Shown here piece after piece: positions 31,348 through 41,203 of a stretch of 64,000 nt of DNA. Numbering within the stretch: position 1 is the stretch's first letter; every line of letters begins with the position of its first letter. A program made the position numbers and the translations under genes. Below the pieces are notes generated by a model that saw only the letters and a program-made list of their open reading frames with translations, searched no databases and had not been told where the DNA came from. Source of the DNA: an uncultured Gemmatimonadales bacterium (GTDB lineage Bacteria > Gemmatimonadota > Gemmatimonadetes > Longimicrobiales > Longimicrobiaceae); the NCBI GenBank assembly GCA_963716255.1, contig OY970303.1, forward strand, positions 2,240,001-2,304,000, read 5' to 3'.

Positions 31348-31701
31348 ATGGTATCGCAGATGGTTCAATCCGCAGCCGCTGACGAAGTGTTTCACGCATT
31401 GTCCAACCCGACGCGGCGAAAAGTCCTGGAGCGACTGTCTGTCGGACCGGCCACCGTCAGCGAACTGGCGGCGCCGTTCGACATGCAGCTCCCATCGTTC
31501 GTGCAGCACCTCTCGCTGCTCGAACAAAGCCAGCTGGTCAAGTCGACCAAGCGCGGGCGAGTGCGGACGTATGAGCTCGCGCCCGAACGTTTCAAGGTCG
31601 TCGAAGACTGGGTGACAGCGCGCCGCCAGATGTGGGAAGCCCGGCTGGACCGGTTCGATCAACACGTCAAACAACTCAAGGAAAGGGAGGCAAAACCATG
31701 A
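31348..31701 (+). CDS. ArsR/SmtB family transcriptional regulator
   Basis: DEVFHALSNPTRRKVLERL...VSELAAPF...HLSLLE...KRGRVRTY. Confidence 0.92.
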   Translation: MVSQMVQSAAADEVFHALSNPTRRKVLERLSVGPATVSELAAPFDMQLPSFVQHLSLLEQSQLVKSTKRGRVRTYELAPERFKVVEDWVTARRQMWEARLDRFDQHVKQLKEREAKP

Positions 31702-32186
31702 GCAAGCAATTCACCTTCAATCCAAAGCTCGATATCGCCATCGAGCGGTTCATCGACGCGCCCCCGCGGCTCGTCTGGGAAGCGTTGACGAAACCCGAGC
31801 ATCTCAAGGAGTGGTACATGCCCAGGGCCTGGGGGCGTGTGGCGCGAGCCGAGATGGACGTGCGGCCGGGCGGCATCTTCAGCATCGACATCGCGACCGG
31901 CGACGGCCAGGAGGTTCCCAATCTCGGGTGCGTCCTGGAAGCGGTTCCGATGGAGCGGCTCGTCTGGACGTCGATGTTGTTTCCCGGCTATCGCCCCGCA
32001 GTCTTCGACGACGTTCCGATCACCGCCATCATGACGATGGAAAGCGCGGGAAGCGGCACCCGCTACGTCTTCACCGCGCTGCACCGGGATGAAGCGGACT
32101 TCGAGAAAGACATGACGTCGGGTTGGCGGGAGGGGACTGAGATCGCCGTCGATCAGCTCGTCGCGCACGTGGAGTCGATGAAATAG
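31698..32186 (+). CDS. SRPBCC/AHSA1 domain protein
   Basis: IERFIDAPPRLVWEALTKPEHLKEWY...MDVRPGG; ATGA overlap with the ArsR stop and GGAGG RBS. Confidence 0.92.
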   Translation: MSKQFTFNPKLDIAIERFIDAPPRLVWEALTKPEHLKEWYMPRAWGRVARAEMDVRPGGIFSIDIATGDGQEVPNLGCVLEAVPMERLVWTSMLFPGYRPAVFDDVPITAIMTMESAGSGTRYVFTALHRDEADFEKDMTSGWREGTEIAVDQLVAHVESMK

Positions 32187-32213
32187 CACAGGGCGATCTG
32201 GGGCAGGCTGCCC

Positions 32214-32311
32214 TGGGAACGACACAAGAGGTCAGGGGTGCGGGGCCGGCGCGCAAGACTTTTCGTCGGCCGAAAGAGTGGCCGCCGGTCCGCTGCAAGC
32301 GATTGTTAGCT
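32214..32311 (-). mobile_element. attC-like site, right half degenerate
   Basis: AGCTAAC-AATCGCTTGCAGCGGAC... The TAA stop of the upstream gene lies inside the R'' box, as is typical of cassettes. Confidence 0.65.
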
Positions 32312-33082
32312 CGCGTCTGCGGGAAGCTGGACGTCGGTTTCGACAGTCGCCGCGTTCTCTCCGGTGCCACCCGCAGCCCCGATAGCGTTCAGCGATTGGC
32401 TGGCGGCGTCAATGGCGCGCTCGATTCGCTCGCGAGCCGTCCTGGTCGAGGACGCCCAGTAACCGCAGGCGAGCGTGAGCACAGCGCCGATACCGGCGAT
32501 ACTCGCTGCCACTCCCACGGCGGGCATGAACTCGCTTCCGAGACCCATTCCGGCGAGTCCTGCGAGGACAGACCCGCACAAGGCAAACGCCCCGGTCACG
32601 ATCAGCGTGCCGCGCCGATCGAGGACGACTGTGACCGCGGTTCCATCCGGAACGGGTCGCGCCGTGACGCTGAAGGTTTCCAGGTCATTCGACGTGTGCC
32701 ACGTCATGCCCGTGGCGCCCGAGTGCCCCTCGCTGGCACCGCCGTATCGACCGACATCGATTCGGACCGCCGAAAGGAGCTTGGCCGCTCCGGGTTCGTC
32801 CAGCATGGTTGGGAATTGGACATCGTTCCCGTGTCGAAGCTGTCCGCCCATCAACCTCTCGAAAATGGAAGGCGAAGCGGAGCCGCGGGCGGGAAGGAGT
32901 CGCGCCGCCCGCTCGACAAGGTCGGGGTCAAGACCGGCTTCGACCGCCGCAGCCTTCATATCAGCCAGAGTCAAGCCGCCCGGGGAATGGCGAAGCGGTT
33001 CCGACTGCTTCGCCAACTCGGCGGCCCTGTGCAGGATGAGGGCGAATTCCTCGTCGCTATAGACCCGTCGATCGTCGGCTAT
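32306..33082 (-). CDS. Hypothetical membrane protein (gene cassette); apparent ATA start
   Basis: (I)ADDRRVYSDEEFALILHRAAEL...GLTLADMKAAAVEAGLDP, with two C-terminal TM segments; flanked by attC sites on both sides. Confidence 0.7.
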   Translation of the reverse strand: MADDRRVYSDEEFALILHRAAELAKQSEPLRHSPGGLTLADMKAAAVEAGLDPDLVERAARLLPARGSASPSIFERLMGGQLRHGNDVQFPTMLDEPGAAKLLSAVRIDVGRYGGASEGHSGATGMTWHTSNDLETFSVTARPVPDGTAVTVVLDRRGTLIVTGAFALCGSVLAGLAGMGLGSEFMPAVGVAASIAGIGAVLTLACGYWASSTRTARERIERAIDAASQSLNAIGAAGGTGENAATVETDVQLPADAS

Positions 33083-33128
33083 GACAGACCTCGTTGGTTG
33101 GAAGACGGTTGGACCAGCGTGCGAGGAG

Positions 33129-33220
33129 GGCCAACGGTCAGGTTTCAGCGTCGAGCGCCGCGCCAAACCCTGACGTCGAGAAGGTTTCCGGCGCTCGCCC
33201 GCCGCAAGCCATTGTTAGGC
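33129..33220 (-). mobile_element. attC site (92 bp)
   Basis: GCCTAAC (R'') AATGGCTTGCGGCG..GAGCGCCG..AAACC/GGTTT..CGGCGCTC..CGCTGAAACC..GTTGGCC (R'), a long imperfect palindrome. Confidence 0.78.
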
Positions 33221-33295
33221 CGGCCCGGCCCCGCCATGGCCGGCTCCGAAGCGTGACGCATGACCCAGCGTCGTCTTCCCGATGCTGAATCTCGA

Positions 33296-33943
33296 TTACT
33301 GACGCCTTGTCAGCACGACGTGGGTTGCTCCGGCGGTCGGCACATGGGTCGTGCACTCATAGCCCAAGTCCGGGAGGTCGAGGCCGTACAGGAGGTGCTC
33401 GCCGGACCCGAGCAATCTTGGTGCGATCGCCACGTGCAGCTCGTCGACGAGCCCCGCTTCGAGGTACTGGCGGACCGTCGCCACGCCCCCTCCGATCTGC
33501 ACATCTTTCCCGGCCGCGGCCGCCGTGGCGCGCTCCAGCGCCTCACGGATACCGCCCGTCACGAAGTGGAAGACCGTACCGCCTTCCATCTGGGCCGACG
33601 GGCGGGCATGATGCGTCAGCACGAACACGGGGCCACGATACGGTGGGTTCTTTCCCCACCAGCCGCGCCAGGTGTCATCGGGCCACGGACCGCGAATCGG
33701 GCCGAACTTGTTGCGTCCCATGATCCAGGCGCCGACGCCCTCCCCGAATCGCGCCGCGAAATCGTCATCGACGCCCGTGGTGCCGCCGCTCTTTCCGCCC
33801 ATGCGCTGGAAGGTGCGCGTCGGGATGTACCAGTCGTGCAGCTCTTCACCACCGACGCCGAGGGGCTCCTCGCGAGTCTGGCGCGGGCCGGCTCCATAGC
33901 CGTCGAGGGATATCGTAAAGTTATGTACACGTACACGAGTCAT
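33296..33943 (-). CDS. Dihydrofolate reductase-fold (RibD C-terminal) family protein
   Basis: TISLDGYGAGP, IMGRNKFG, VFVLTH, IGGG, GLVDELHVAIAPRLLGSG. Confidence 0.92.
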   Translation of the reverse strand: MTRVRVHNFTISLDGYGAGPRQTREEPLGVGGEELHDWYIPTRTFQRMGGKSGGTTGVDDDFAARFGEGVGAWIMGRNKFGPIRGPWPDDTWRGWWGKNPPYRGPVFVLTHHARPSAQMEGGTVFHFVTGGIREALERATAAAAGKDVQIGGGVATVRQYLEAGLVDELHVAIAPRLLGSGEHLLYGLDLPDLGYECTTHVPTAGATHVVLTRRQ

Positions 33944-34066
33944 TGTTTGCCCTCAAGCCAGGATGACGATCCGAGAACCGAGGCTTCTACGGTTACGACG
34001 ACCACACGGGAGCGGATCGACAGCGCGAGTACGAATCGCGATCAGGTCAGTACCCGTTGAATGTGC

Positions 34067-34519
34067 TCATCGGGAAGCCTGCTCCCCGAGTTCCTGGGCG
34101 AGCCCGATGAGGATTCCTTCGGGCCCCCGGATGTAGCAGAGCCGATATACGTTCTTGTACTGGACCACTTCGCCGACGAGCTCCGCGCCGTGCTTGCGGA
34201 GCCGAGCGACCGTCTCGTCGACGTCATCCACGGCGAACATGACGCGCAGGTAGCCGAGAGCGTTCACGGGGGCGTTGCGGTGGTCGGCGACCACGGGCGG
34301 CGCGAGGAATCGCGAAAGCTCGAGCCGGCTGTGACCGTCCGGGGTGACCAGCATGGCGATCTCGACGCGCTGGTGCCCCAGTCCGGTGACGCGCCCGGCC
34401 CACTCTCCTTCGATCGGGGCGCGCCCTTCGAGTTTCAGGCCCAGCTCGGTGAAGAACTCGATGGCGGCATCGAGGTCTTCCACCACGATGCCGACGTTGT
34501 CCATCCGCTTGACCGTCAT
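34067..34519 (-). CDS. VOC/glyoxalase family protein
   Basis: MDNVGIVVEDLDAAIEFFTELG...RVMFAVDD...YIRGPEGILIGLAQE. Confidence 0.92.
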   Translation of the reverse strand: MTVKRMDNVGIVVEDLDAAIEFFTELGLKLEGRAPIEGEWAGRVTGLGHQRVEIAMLVTPDGHSRLELSRFLAPPVVADHRNAPVNALGYLRVMFAVDDVDETVARLRKHGAELVGEVVQYKNVYRLCYIRGPEGILIGLAQELGEQASR

Positions 34520-34893
34520 TGGCGTTGCAGAGGTTGTGAGGCTTAGAGGGCGTGGGCGAGCGGTGGCTCTGACGCGGAGCCGCCGTCGGCCGCACTCGGA
34601 GGATCTGGGCGATGCCAATGCCTGAACCAGCTCTTCGGGCGTCCAGCGATCCAGTTCGGCGGCGACGGGCGGACCGCTCACGTCGACGTTTACGCTGAAA
34701 ACGCCGCCCCGCACGTCTTACGCTCGAACGCGTCGGTGGGCGCTCGTGAAATCAACCTCTGGTAGCAATGTACAATTTGCCACGCTTTCTCCAAGCTGGT
34801 CAAATCGCTGCTGAGCGATTGACAGGGGATGGTCGCGTGCTCTACGACGGTGGATGGGCGAAGCCCTTCACCCGCGGAATACTTCGCATCGCT

Positions 34894-36090
34894 TCAGCAA
34901 GCACTTGTGACGACGGTTCCTCCCGCCATCCGCTGCCAGTTGAGCGCCGTCTCTCGAGTCGGCAACCAGCTCGCGCTCGAACGAGTGGAACCGTAGCAGG
35001 CGTAGGTCGAGATCGCGCCGCTCGATCGGGAGCCGAGCCAGCCGTTCGCTTCCGTGACTGCACGGAGCGGCGCACCCGGAGTCAGCGGAAGGCGTGCCGC
35101 GAGGACCGCGTCGATCCAGCCGAACATCAGATCGAAGGCGAGAATCGGTCGATGATCGAACGGGTCGATCGAAACCGCCCAGGGTGCCCCGGCGGCTCGG
35201 CCGGCTTCGAAAACGGCCGTGATGTTGTCTCTCCGGTACGGCTCGTCCACCGCTCCGATCAGGAAGTATCCCGGAACGTCGGCCGCTGCCGATGCGGGGC
35301 CGGTGGCGTGGCAGGCGCCCTTCATGGTCAGGAACCCGGCGACCCGGGCGCCGTGAACGCGGCTGAACCCGTACGCGGTGCATCCCCCCATCGAGTGCCC
35401 GACGAAAACGATGGGAATGTTCGCCAGCTCGAGATGCAGACTCTGCGTGCCGAACTCGGAGAGCGCGCTGAGCAGCGCTGCGTGGCTTGCAGCGTCGTCG
35501 AGCAGGGTCGTCGTTCCGATGAGCGCCACGTTTCCGCCGGCAAGCTCGAGTGCGCGCCTCCTCACCTCCGCTCTCTCGTTCGGGAGGCACCAGATACTGC
35601 ACGTTCCGTCCGAGGTGCCTCGCACCAGCCCACGCGAGTCCAGAGGATTGCCGGTGGCAGGGTCTCTCAGCCCGGGCAGGAACACGATCGCCGCCCTGTA
35701 CTCGGTGATCCCCGGGGGCAGGTACGCGACGGCGTCCTGGTACGTGAAAAGCGTTTGAGGTGACAGCACGACGTCGTGGGCGTTGGTTCCCTCCGTCAGG
35801 CTGACGCTCTCCGACCGCGGTTCGAAGCGGGGAGCGCCCGTAACGATCGTTGCGCCGCCAACCGGCAGCTTCTCGAGCTCGAATCGTCCGTCCGCGCCGG
35901 TCGTCGTGGTCGCGCCTCCGATCTTCACCGACGCGCCTTCGATGACGGCTCCGGTGGCGGCGCGTACGACGCCGGACACGGTCGCCGTCGCGGCGGGTGG
36001 ACCGCTGGGATCACTCCCCCCGCAGGCAGCCACGAGAATCCCTGTCGCCGACGCGAACACTAGCGTGGAAATCGATTTCGAGACTCGCAT
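34894..36090 (-). CDS. Lipoprotein: carboxypeptidase-regulatory-like domain + alpha/beta hydrolase
   Basis: Lipobox VAAC; SGVVRA..TTGADGRFEL beta-sandwich; GHSMGG nucleophile elbow. Confidence 0.8.
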   Translation of the reverse strand: MRVSKSISTLVFASATGILVAACGGSDPSGPPAATATVSGVVRAATGAVIEGASVKIGGATTTTGADGRFELEKLPVGGATIVTGAPRFEPRSESVSLTEGTNAHDVVLSPQTLFTYQDAVAYLPPGITEYRAAIVFLPGLRDPATGNPLDSRGLVRGTSDGTCSIWCLPNERAEVRRRALELAGGNVALIGTTTLLDDAASHAALLSALSEFGTQSLHLELANIPIVFVGHSMGGCTAYGFSRVHGARVAGFLTMKGACHATGPASAAADVPGYFLIGAVDEPYRRDNITAVFEAGRAAGAPWAVSIDPFDHRPILAFDLMFGWIDAVLAARLPLTPGAPLRAVTEANGWLGSRSSGAISTYACYGSTRSSASWLPTRETALNWQRMAGGTVVTSAC

Positions 36091-36139
36091 GGGGATCGTC
36101 GCTCCTATCCTGGTGAATGAGCTTCACTGCCGCTGCAGG

Positions 36140-37351
36140 CTACATGGGGTCGATACCCACCTTTTCGACCAGCCACTCATGCCTGTCGTCCACGGCTTGT
36201 TGATTGAGGTTGTGTCCCGCCGCATACCAGCGAACCGTTTTGGGCTGCGGCGCGGCTGCGTGCAGCTCCGCCGCATCGGCAGAGGGTATCAGGCTGTCCG
36301 ACGTCCCGTTTTGCAGCAGCAACGGGATGTCGGCATGCCCGACGAATCGAATCGGCTCGATGGGTGCCATCGCTCGAATCCAGGCGCTGCGCATGGCACA
36401 CGGGAGGCCGGAAATGTACTTGAAGCCTTCCGGACCGGTGGAGTGCGAGACGAGACCGCCGTGTCCGACTACGAGCGCCGCCGCTTTAAGGCGCCGTTCG
36501 ATGCCGACGAACAGCGCACCCATCGCGCCGCCGTAGCTGACGCCCATGTAGGCGATGCGGCCATCGTCGACGTTGGGACGTGAGCGCAACACGTCCACGG
36601 CGCGTTGCAGGTCCTTGACCAGCTGGATCTGCTCGGCCCGATCCTCGGCGGTGAACTTCACGACCGGTCCTGCGCGGCGAGCAAATGGCGCATCGATCGC
36701 AATCACGACTGCACCGTACCGTGCGTAGTTCTGCGCGATGCCCGACATGTCCCTCGCATTCCCGGGCATGCCGTGCATAAGCACCATGCCGGGGCGCGGA
36801 CTCGAGCGCGTGACCGGGTCCCACATCATTCCGGTCACCAAGCCGCCGTCCGGACTGCTGAAGGAAATGCTTCTGACCTCCACGCCATTGTTCGTGGATT
36901 CGACCGTCTCCTGCAGATTCAGTGGTGCATTGACGTCGTAACCGAACAGGTCTCGGTCTCCCGCGGTGGCCACCCCTCCGAAATCGGGACGTGCACCCGA
37001 GCAGGAATCGGCGTGCACGCGAACCCTGACCGAGTCACGCACGTCCGGGCGGTCCGGGAGCGTAGCGACGACATAAGTCGAGCCTGCTGCCATGGCGCTG
37101 ATCGCGCCGGCGGCATTCACGGTAGCCACACTCTCGTCACGAGAGACGTACCGTACAGAGACGTGCTTTATCGCCCCACCGGCGTCGCGTACCGTGGCGG
37201 TGAGCGGAAACGACTCGTATACACCCACGACGACGCTGTCCGGGGACAGTGTGAGTTGCGAATCGCCGTTCCGTTCAACCGGGTTCCTGTCGCACGCGAG
37301 GACCGCGGCTGCCGCCAGCGTCGCGGCGATGATTGCCTTTACCGATTTCAT
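36140..37351 (-). CDS. Lipoprotein: Ig-like (Big_2) domain + alpha/beta hydrolase (esterase-like)
   Basis: Lipobox VLAC; SRDESVATVNAAG; GVSYGG, NGTSD and AGH catalytic triad motifs. Confidence 0.82.
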   Translation of the reverse strand: MKSVKAIIAATLAAAAVLACDRNPVERNGDSQLTLSPDSVVVGVYESFPLTATVRDAGGAIKHVSVRYVSRDESVATVNAAGAISAMAAGSTYVVATLPDRPDVRDSVRVRVHADSCSGARPDFGGVATAGDRDLFGYDVNAPLNLQETVESTNNGVEVRSISFSSPDGGLVTGMMWDPVTRSSPRPGMVLMHGMPGNARDMSGIAQNYARYGAVVIAIDAPFARRAGPVVKFTAEDRAEQIQLVKDLQRAVDVLRSRPNVDDGRIAYMGVSYGGAMGALFVGIERRLKAAALVVGHGGLVSHSTGPEGFKYISGLPCAMRSAWIRAMAPIEPIRFVGHADIPLLLQNGTSDSLIPSADAAELHAAAPQPKTVRWYAAGHNLNQQAVDDRHEWLVEKVGIDPM

Positions 37352-37406
37352 TCATACGCTCCTGGCTCTTCGTACGCGGCGCTCCCGGACACCTCTGCGG
37401 CTCATG

Positions 37407-38747
37407 TCATCGGATGGTCGAAAACAGGTCGTGCGTCGGAAATGATGTGACGCCCGCAAACGCATTCCATAGCGCGGCATCGAGCTCGGCCTCGAGGTTG
37501 GCTGTCAGGGAGCGAGTGTTGAACAGGCCGACCCACGAGAAGTTGTGATACGTGCGCACGAGCATGCTCGTCGTGCCGGGCAGCGTTCCCCCGTGCCACC
37601 AGCTCGCGTCGCCCTGGGTTGGGCGAACCCACCATCCAGCTGCGTAATAGCACGCGCCGTTGGTACACACTGGAGCGCCGCTGCTGGTCATCTCCGCGAC
37701 GAGTTCAGCGCTGAGGATGTCCGGACGATTGGCGCGCCCATCGACGCCGGCCATGAATCGCAACAGATCGACGGTCGACGAGACCCAGGCGCCGCTCGCA
37801 TCGCCCGCTTCGAGGTGGAAGCCCCCGTAGTTGAAGGGCACCATGCCTTCGCCCGGGAAGACGGATTGCACCAGCGGCGCGTTCACGCCCGCCCCGGGCC
37901 AGTAGTACTTCACCTCGTCTGCGAGCGCGTCGCGCATGCGCGACTTGCCCTGCTGCGTGCGATTGGCGCCCACGGGCTGCAGCACGCGCGCGCGCACGTA
38001 CTCCGCGTACGGCATGCCGCTCAATCGCTCGATCACGCGACCGAGAATGATGTAACCAAAATTCGAGTAGGCCCACTTTTCGCCCGGATTGAAGTCCAGC
38101 GGCATTCCCTTCATGTAGCGGATGAGCGTTTCGGCGGATGCCGGCGCAGGGGCGCCGACCGCAGCCGCGGCGATCGACGGCCGGTCCACGGGGTCGAATC
38201 CGCCATTCGGCTTCTCACGATCCCAGCCTCCGGTGTGGTTGAGCAGATGCCGAATGGTGATCTGCTCCCACCGCGGATCGACGGTCGCTCCCGGTGCAGG
38301 GGTGAGGTGTGCGATGAATGGCGCGACGCGATCGTCGAGCCTGAGCTTGCCTTCTTCGACGAGCTTCATGATGGCGACGGCGGTGATCGGCTTGGACACG
38401 CTGGCGATCCGGAACAGCGCGTCAGGCTGCACCGGTGTCTTGTTCTCGACGTCCGCGTAACCAAAGCCGCGCGCGTAGATCAGCTTGCCATCGCGCAGCA
38501 CGGCAACCGCGCCACCGGGAATGCCGTACTTCCGCATGAAATCGGGGATGACCTGATCGTACGACCCCATTCCCGGCACAGCGGCGCCGCTGATTGGAAT
38601 TCCCGGTTGCGCAGGCGTAACCGGAGGAGAGACAGGCGGCGTAGTCGGCTCTCCACCGGCGCACCCGCCGCAGGAAAGCAGGACCGCGAGACAAGCGGCA
38701 GCCCAGGCGCCGCGGGACGGGCCAAGCCATTCACGACGTGAGATCAT
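37407..38747 (-). CDS. Exported serine hydrolase, beta-lactamase/PBP (AmpC-like) family
   Basis: FRIASVSK (SxxK), LLNHTGG, YSN, HGG; N-terminal signal/lipobox and Pro-rich linker. Start uncertain. Confidence 0.9.
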   Translation of the reverse strand: MISRREWLGPSRGAWAAACLAVLLSCGGCAGGEPTTPPVSPPVTPAQPGIPISGAAVPGMGSYDQVIPDFMRKYGIPGGAVAVLRDGKLIYARGFGYADVENKTPVQPDALFRIASVSKPITAVAIMKLVEEGKLRLDDRVAPFIAHLTPAPGATVDPRWEQITIRHLLNHTGGWDREKPNGGFDPVDRPSIAAAAVGAPAPASAETLIRYMKGMPLDFNPGEKWAYSNFGYIILGRVIERLSGMPYAEYVRARVLQPVGANRTQQGKSRMRDALADEVKYYWPGAGVNAPLVQSVFPGEGMVPFNYGGFHLEAGDASGAWVSSTVDLLRFMAGVDGRANRPDILSAELVAEMTSSGAPVCTNGACYYAAGWWVRPTQGDASWWHGGTLPGTTSMLVRTYHNFSWVGLFNTRSLTANLEAELDAALWNAFAGVTSFPTHDLFSTIR

Positions 38748-38973
38748 GCGGTTTCGCCTCGTGGTCGATCGTGGTCCATCGGTTTCGCGTGTTGCCCTGC
38801 TTCGCCAGCGGATGCGGCCGGAGCTGGAACCGGACCGCATTGCGGGGGGTCCCCTTCCCGCCCTCCATGTGGAATGAAGTGCGGGTGTTGATGGCGGCCC
38901 GGAGGCCGCGCCTCTTCCAGCCGGCGTTCGGGTCGTCGATGCGGCCGTCCAGCCAGACGATCACGTCACCACA

Positions 38974-41100
38974 TCAGAAGATCCGGGCGGGGCCCTCCGT
39001 CCGGACCGGTGCATCCTCGCGCGGCGCGCCACCCACCGCGTAGGACGCGAACAGCGACAGCAGCGGCCGCGCCGTGCGACGGCGGCTCTCCTGCGTGAAG
39101 GTCGCGTCCGCGATCCGGTACTCGAGGCGGTCGCCGCGCGACGGGTCGTGGAGGCGCAGCGTCACGCGTCCGCGGTCGCCGCCGAGACGCTGCGTCAACG
39201 CCAGCTCGCTGGTGAACGCCGGCAGGATCTCGCCCTGTTCGATGGCCTGTGCGCTCCGGCGGTACGCGTAGAGCTGCGCCGTGGTGTTCTCCGCCACCCG
39301 GAGATCGACGGTGAGCCGCGCCGTGGCGTACACGCCGCTGCTGCTGAACGCGGCGGCCGCCGTCTCCATGTGGGCGACGCTGCCCGCCAGCGTCACGACG
39401 GTGCGGTCCGCCGGCCGTGCGCGCACGCTGGCGTCGGCGCCGGTGGCTCGCGTCCCGGTCAGGTTCTTCAGCGTGGTCGTCGAGCCACCGCTTGCCGTCG
39501 CTGCCTTGAGCGGGCGGATCGGGTCCCGTATCCAGCGAAGAAACGGCGTCAGCTGCAGCGTCAACCGTGAGCCGTGCCGTTCCATGCCGAATTCCACCTG
39601 GTCCGAGACTTCCGGCAACAGCGACGGATTGCCGATGATCTCGTTCATGTCGTCCTCGCCCATGGAGAACGGGCTCAGCATCTCCCACCCGGGCCGGTTG
39701 ATGCGGCGGCCGTACGCGAGTCGATACATGAGAGCGCGACGCGCGTCGGTCCATTCGCCGCTGATGCTCGGGAAGATGCGCACGGCTGTCCGGGCGCTGG
39801 CGGCCTCGAGCCGGATGAGGGCCCGGTCCGCCTCCACACGCAGCCCCGCCTCCGCGCGCACGCCGCCGGTTGATCGGTGCGCGGCGAGGTAGCCGGCGTG
39901 CACTTCCGTCTCGTAGCGGTAGCCCTGCGACACGGTGGCACCAAAGTGGGTCGCATCGTGCCCGGCAGTGTTGGTGCGGAACTGAGACTCCTGTCCCACG
40001 TCCAAAATGAAACCCGGGAAGCGCAGGGCGAGGTCGTTCCGCAGGACGTGCTCACGCTGTCGCGAGGTCATGACTTTGGTCATGTAGCTGTAGCCTCCAC
40101 CTTCGTCGACGTAATCGCCGCGGAAATCCTCGTCCACGAAGCTGGTGCGCGCTTCGGAGGTGAAACGGACGCGCCGAAGATCCACGCTGGCGACCACGCT
40201 CAGCTCAGCCGACGGGATCACGTGCTCCAGCAGGCTTTCGGTCGTGCTCGTCCCCGTGTTGCCCGCCGCATTGGTGTAAACGAACGCACTGCTGTTTCGA
40301 TACGCGCCCTTCATCCACGAGTACGTGCCGCGCAGGACCAGGGACGTGTTCGGTGCCGGCATGACGGCAGCGCCCGCCAGAACGGAGTGCAGGCGGTGCT
40401 TCTCACGTGCGCGGCTGTTCTGATCCGTCTGGAGAGGGAGGTCCCCGGGCACGAGGCTCCAGCGCGCCGTCTTCGAGTCCGTCCGCGGCCGCATGCCGGA
40501 CAGGGCGTACATCGCATCCCAGTTCAAAATGCCACCCACGTTGCCCGAGGCGGCGGCGGAGCCCATGTAGTGATCCTCCGTCGCCATGGAGCCCGCCACC
40601 GAGTGCATGCCGGTGCGTCGCGCGGCATCATCTCGGAAGACGAGGTTCACCACGCCGGCAGCGCCATCTGCATCCTGCCGCGCGGAGGCGGCGGTGCCTG
40701 CCTCGATGCGTTCCAGCGCCGCCGCCGGCATCTGGCGTAGAAACGCGACGAGGGCGTCACCGGTCAGCGGGGTGCGCCGCCCATTCAGCAGCACGAGCAC
40801 GCTCGTGCTGCTGCGCATGCTGATGCGCCCGTCCGTATCCAGCTCGACGCCCGGCACCGTGCGCAGGAAGTCTGCGATGCTGCCCCCCGCTGCCGCAGAC
40901 GCGCGCGTGTCCACGATGGTGGCGCCGCTGCGCAGCTGGACCGCGTCGCGTTCCGCGCCCACCGTCAGCGTATCCAGCCGCACTGGCCTGCCGGCCGTAA
41001 TGCCGTGATGTTCGTGTTGTGCCGCCGCCAGTGCGGGTATGGCGCACAGGGCGCTGCACGCGGCGGCGAGCGCTGCCGCTCGCGTATGCTTCCGCAACAT
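38974..41100 (-). CDS. TonB-dependent receptor-like outer-membrane beta-barrel
   Basis: Signal peptide, plug (DFLRTVPGVE...IEAGT...AAGVVNLV), RRINRP..LSPF..GNPSLLPE. Confidence 0.85.
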   Translation of the reverse strand: MLRKHTRAAALAAACSALCAIPALAAAQHEHHGITAGRPVRLDTLTVGAERDAVQLRSGATIVDTRASAAAGGSIADFLRTVPGVELDTDGRISMRSSTSVLVLLNGRRTPLTGDALVAFLRQMPAAALERIEAGTAASARQDADGAAGVVNLVFRDDAARRTGMHSVAGSMATEDHYMGSAAASGNVGGILNWDAMYALSGMRPRTDSKTARWSLVPGDLPLQTDQNSRAREKHRLHSVLAGAAVMPAPNTSLVLRGTYSWMKGAYRNSSAFVYTNAAGNTGTSTTESLLEHVIPSAELSVVASVDLRRVRFTSEARTSFVDEDFRGDYVDEGGGYSYMTKVMTSRQREHVLRNDLALRFPGFILDVGQESQFRTNTAGHDATHFGATVSQGYRYETEVHAGYLAAHRSTGGVRAEAGLRVEADRALIRLEAASARTAVRIFPSISGEWTDARRALMYRLAYGRRINRPGWEMLSPFSMGEDDMNEIIGNPSLLPEVSDQVEFGMERHGSRLTLQLTPFLRWIRDPIRPLKAATASGGSTTTLKNLTGTRATGADASVRARPADRTVVTLAGSVAHMETAAAAFSSSGVYATARLTVDLRVAENTTAQLYAYRRSAQAIEQGEILPAFTSELALTQRLGGDRGRVTLRLHDPSRGDRLEYRIADATFTQESRRRTARPLLSLFASYAVGGAPREDAPVRTEGPARIF

Positions 41101-41203
41101 GAGCCGATCTCCTGCCGCGGCCCTCAGCGCCCGCCGGCGGCGGGCGTGGGGGTCGGCAGGCGGTTGAGGATGAAGGCCGCCGCCCTACCCGCAACGATCC
41201 GCG

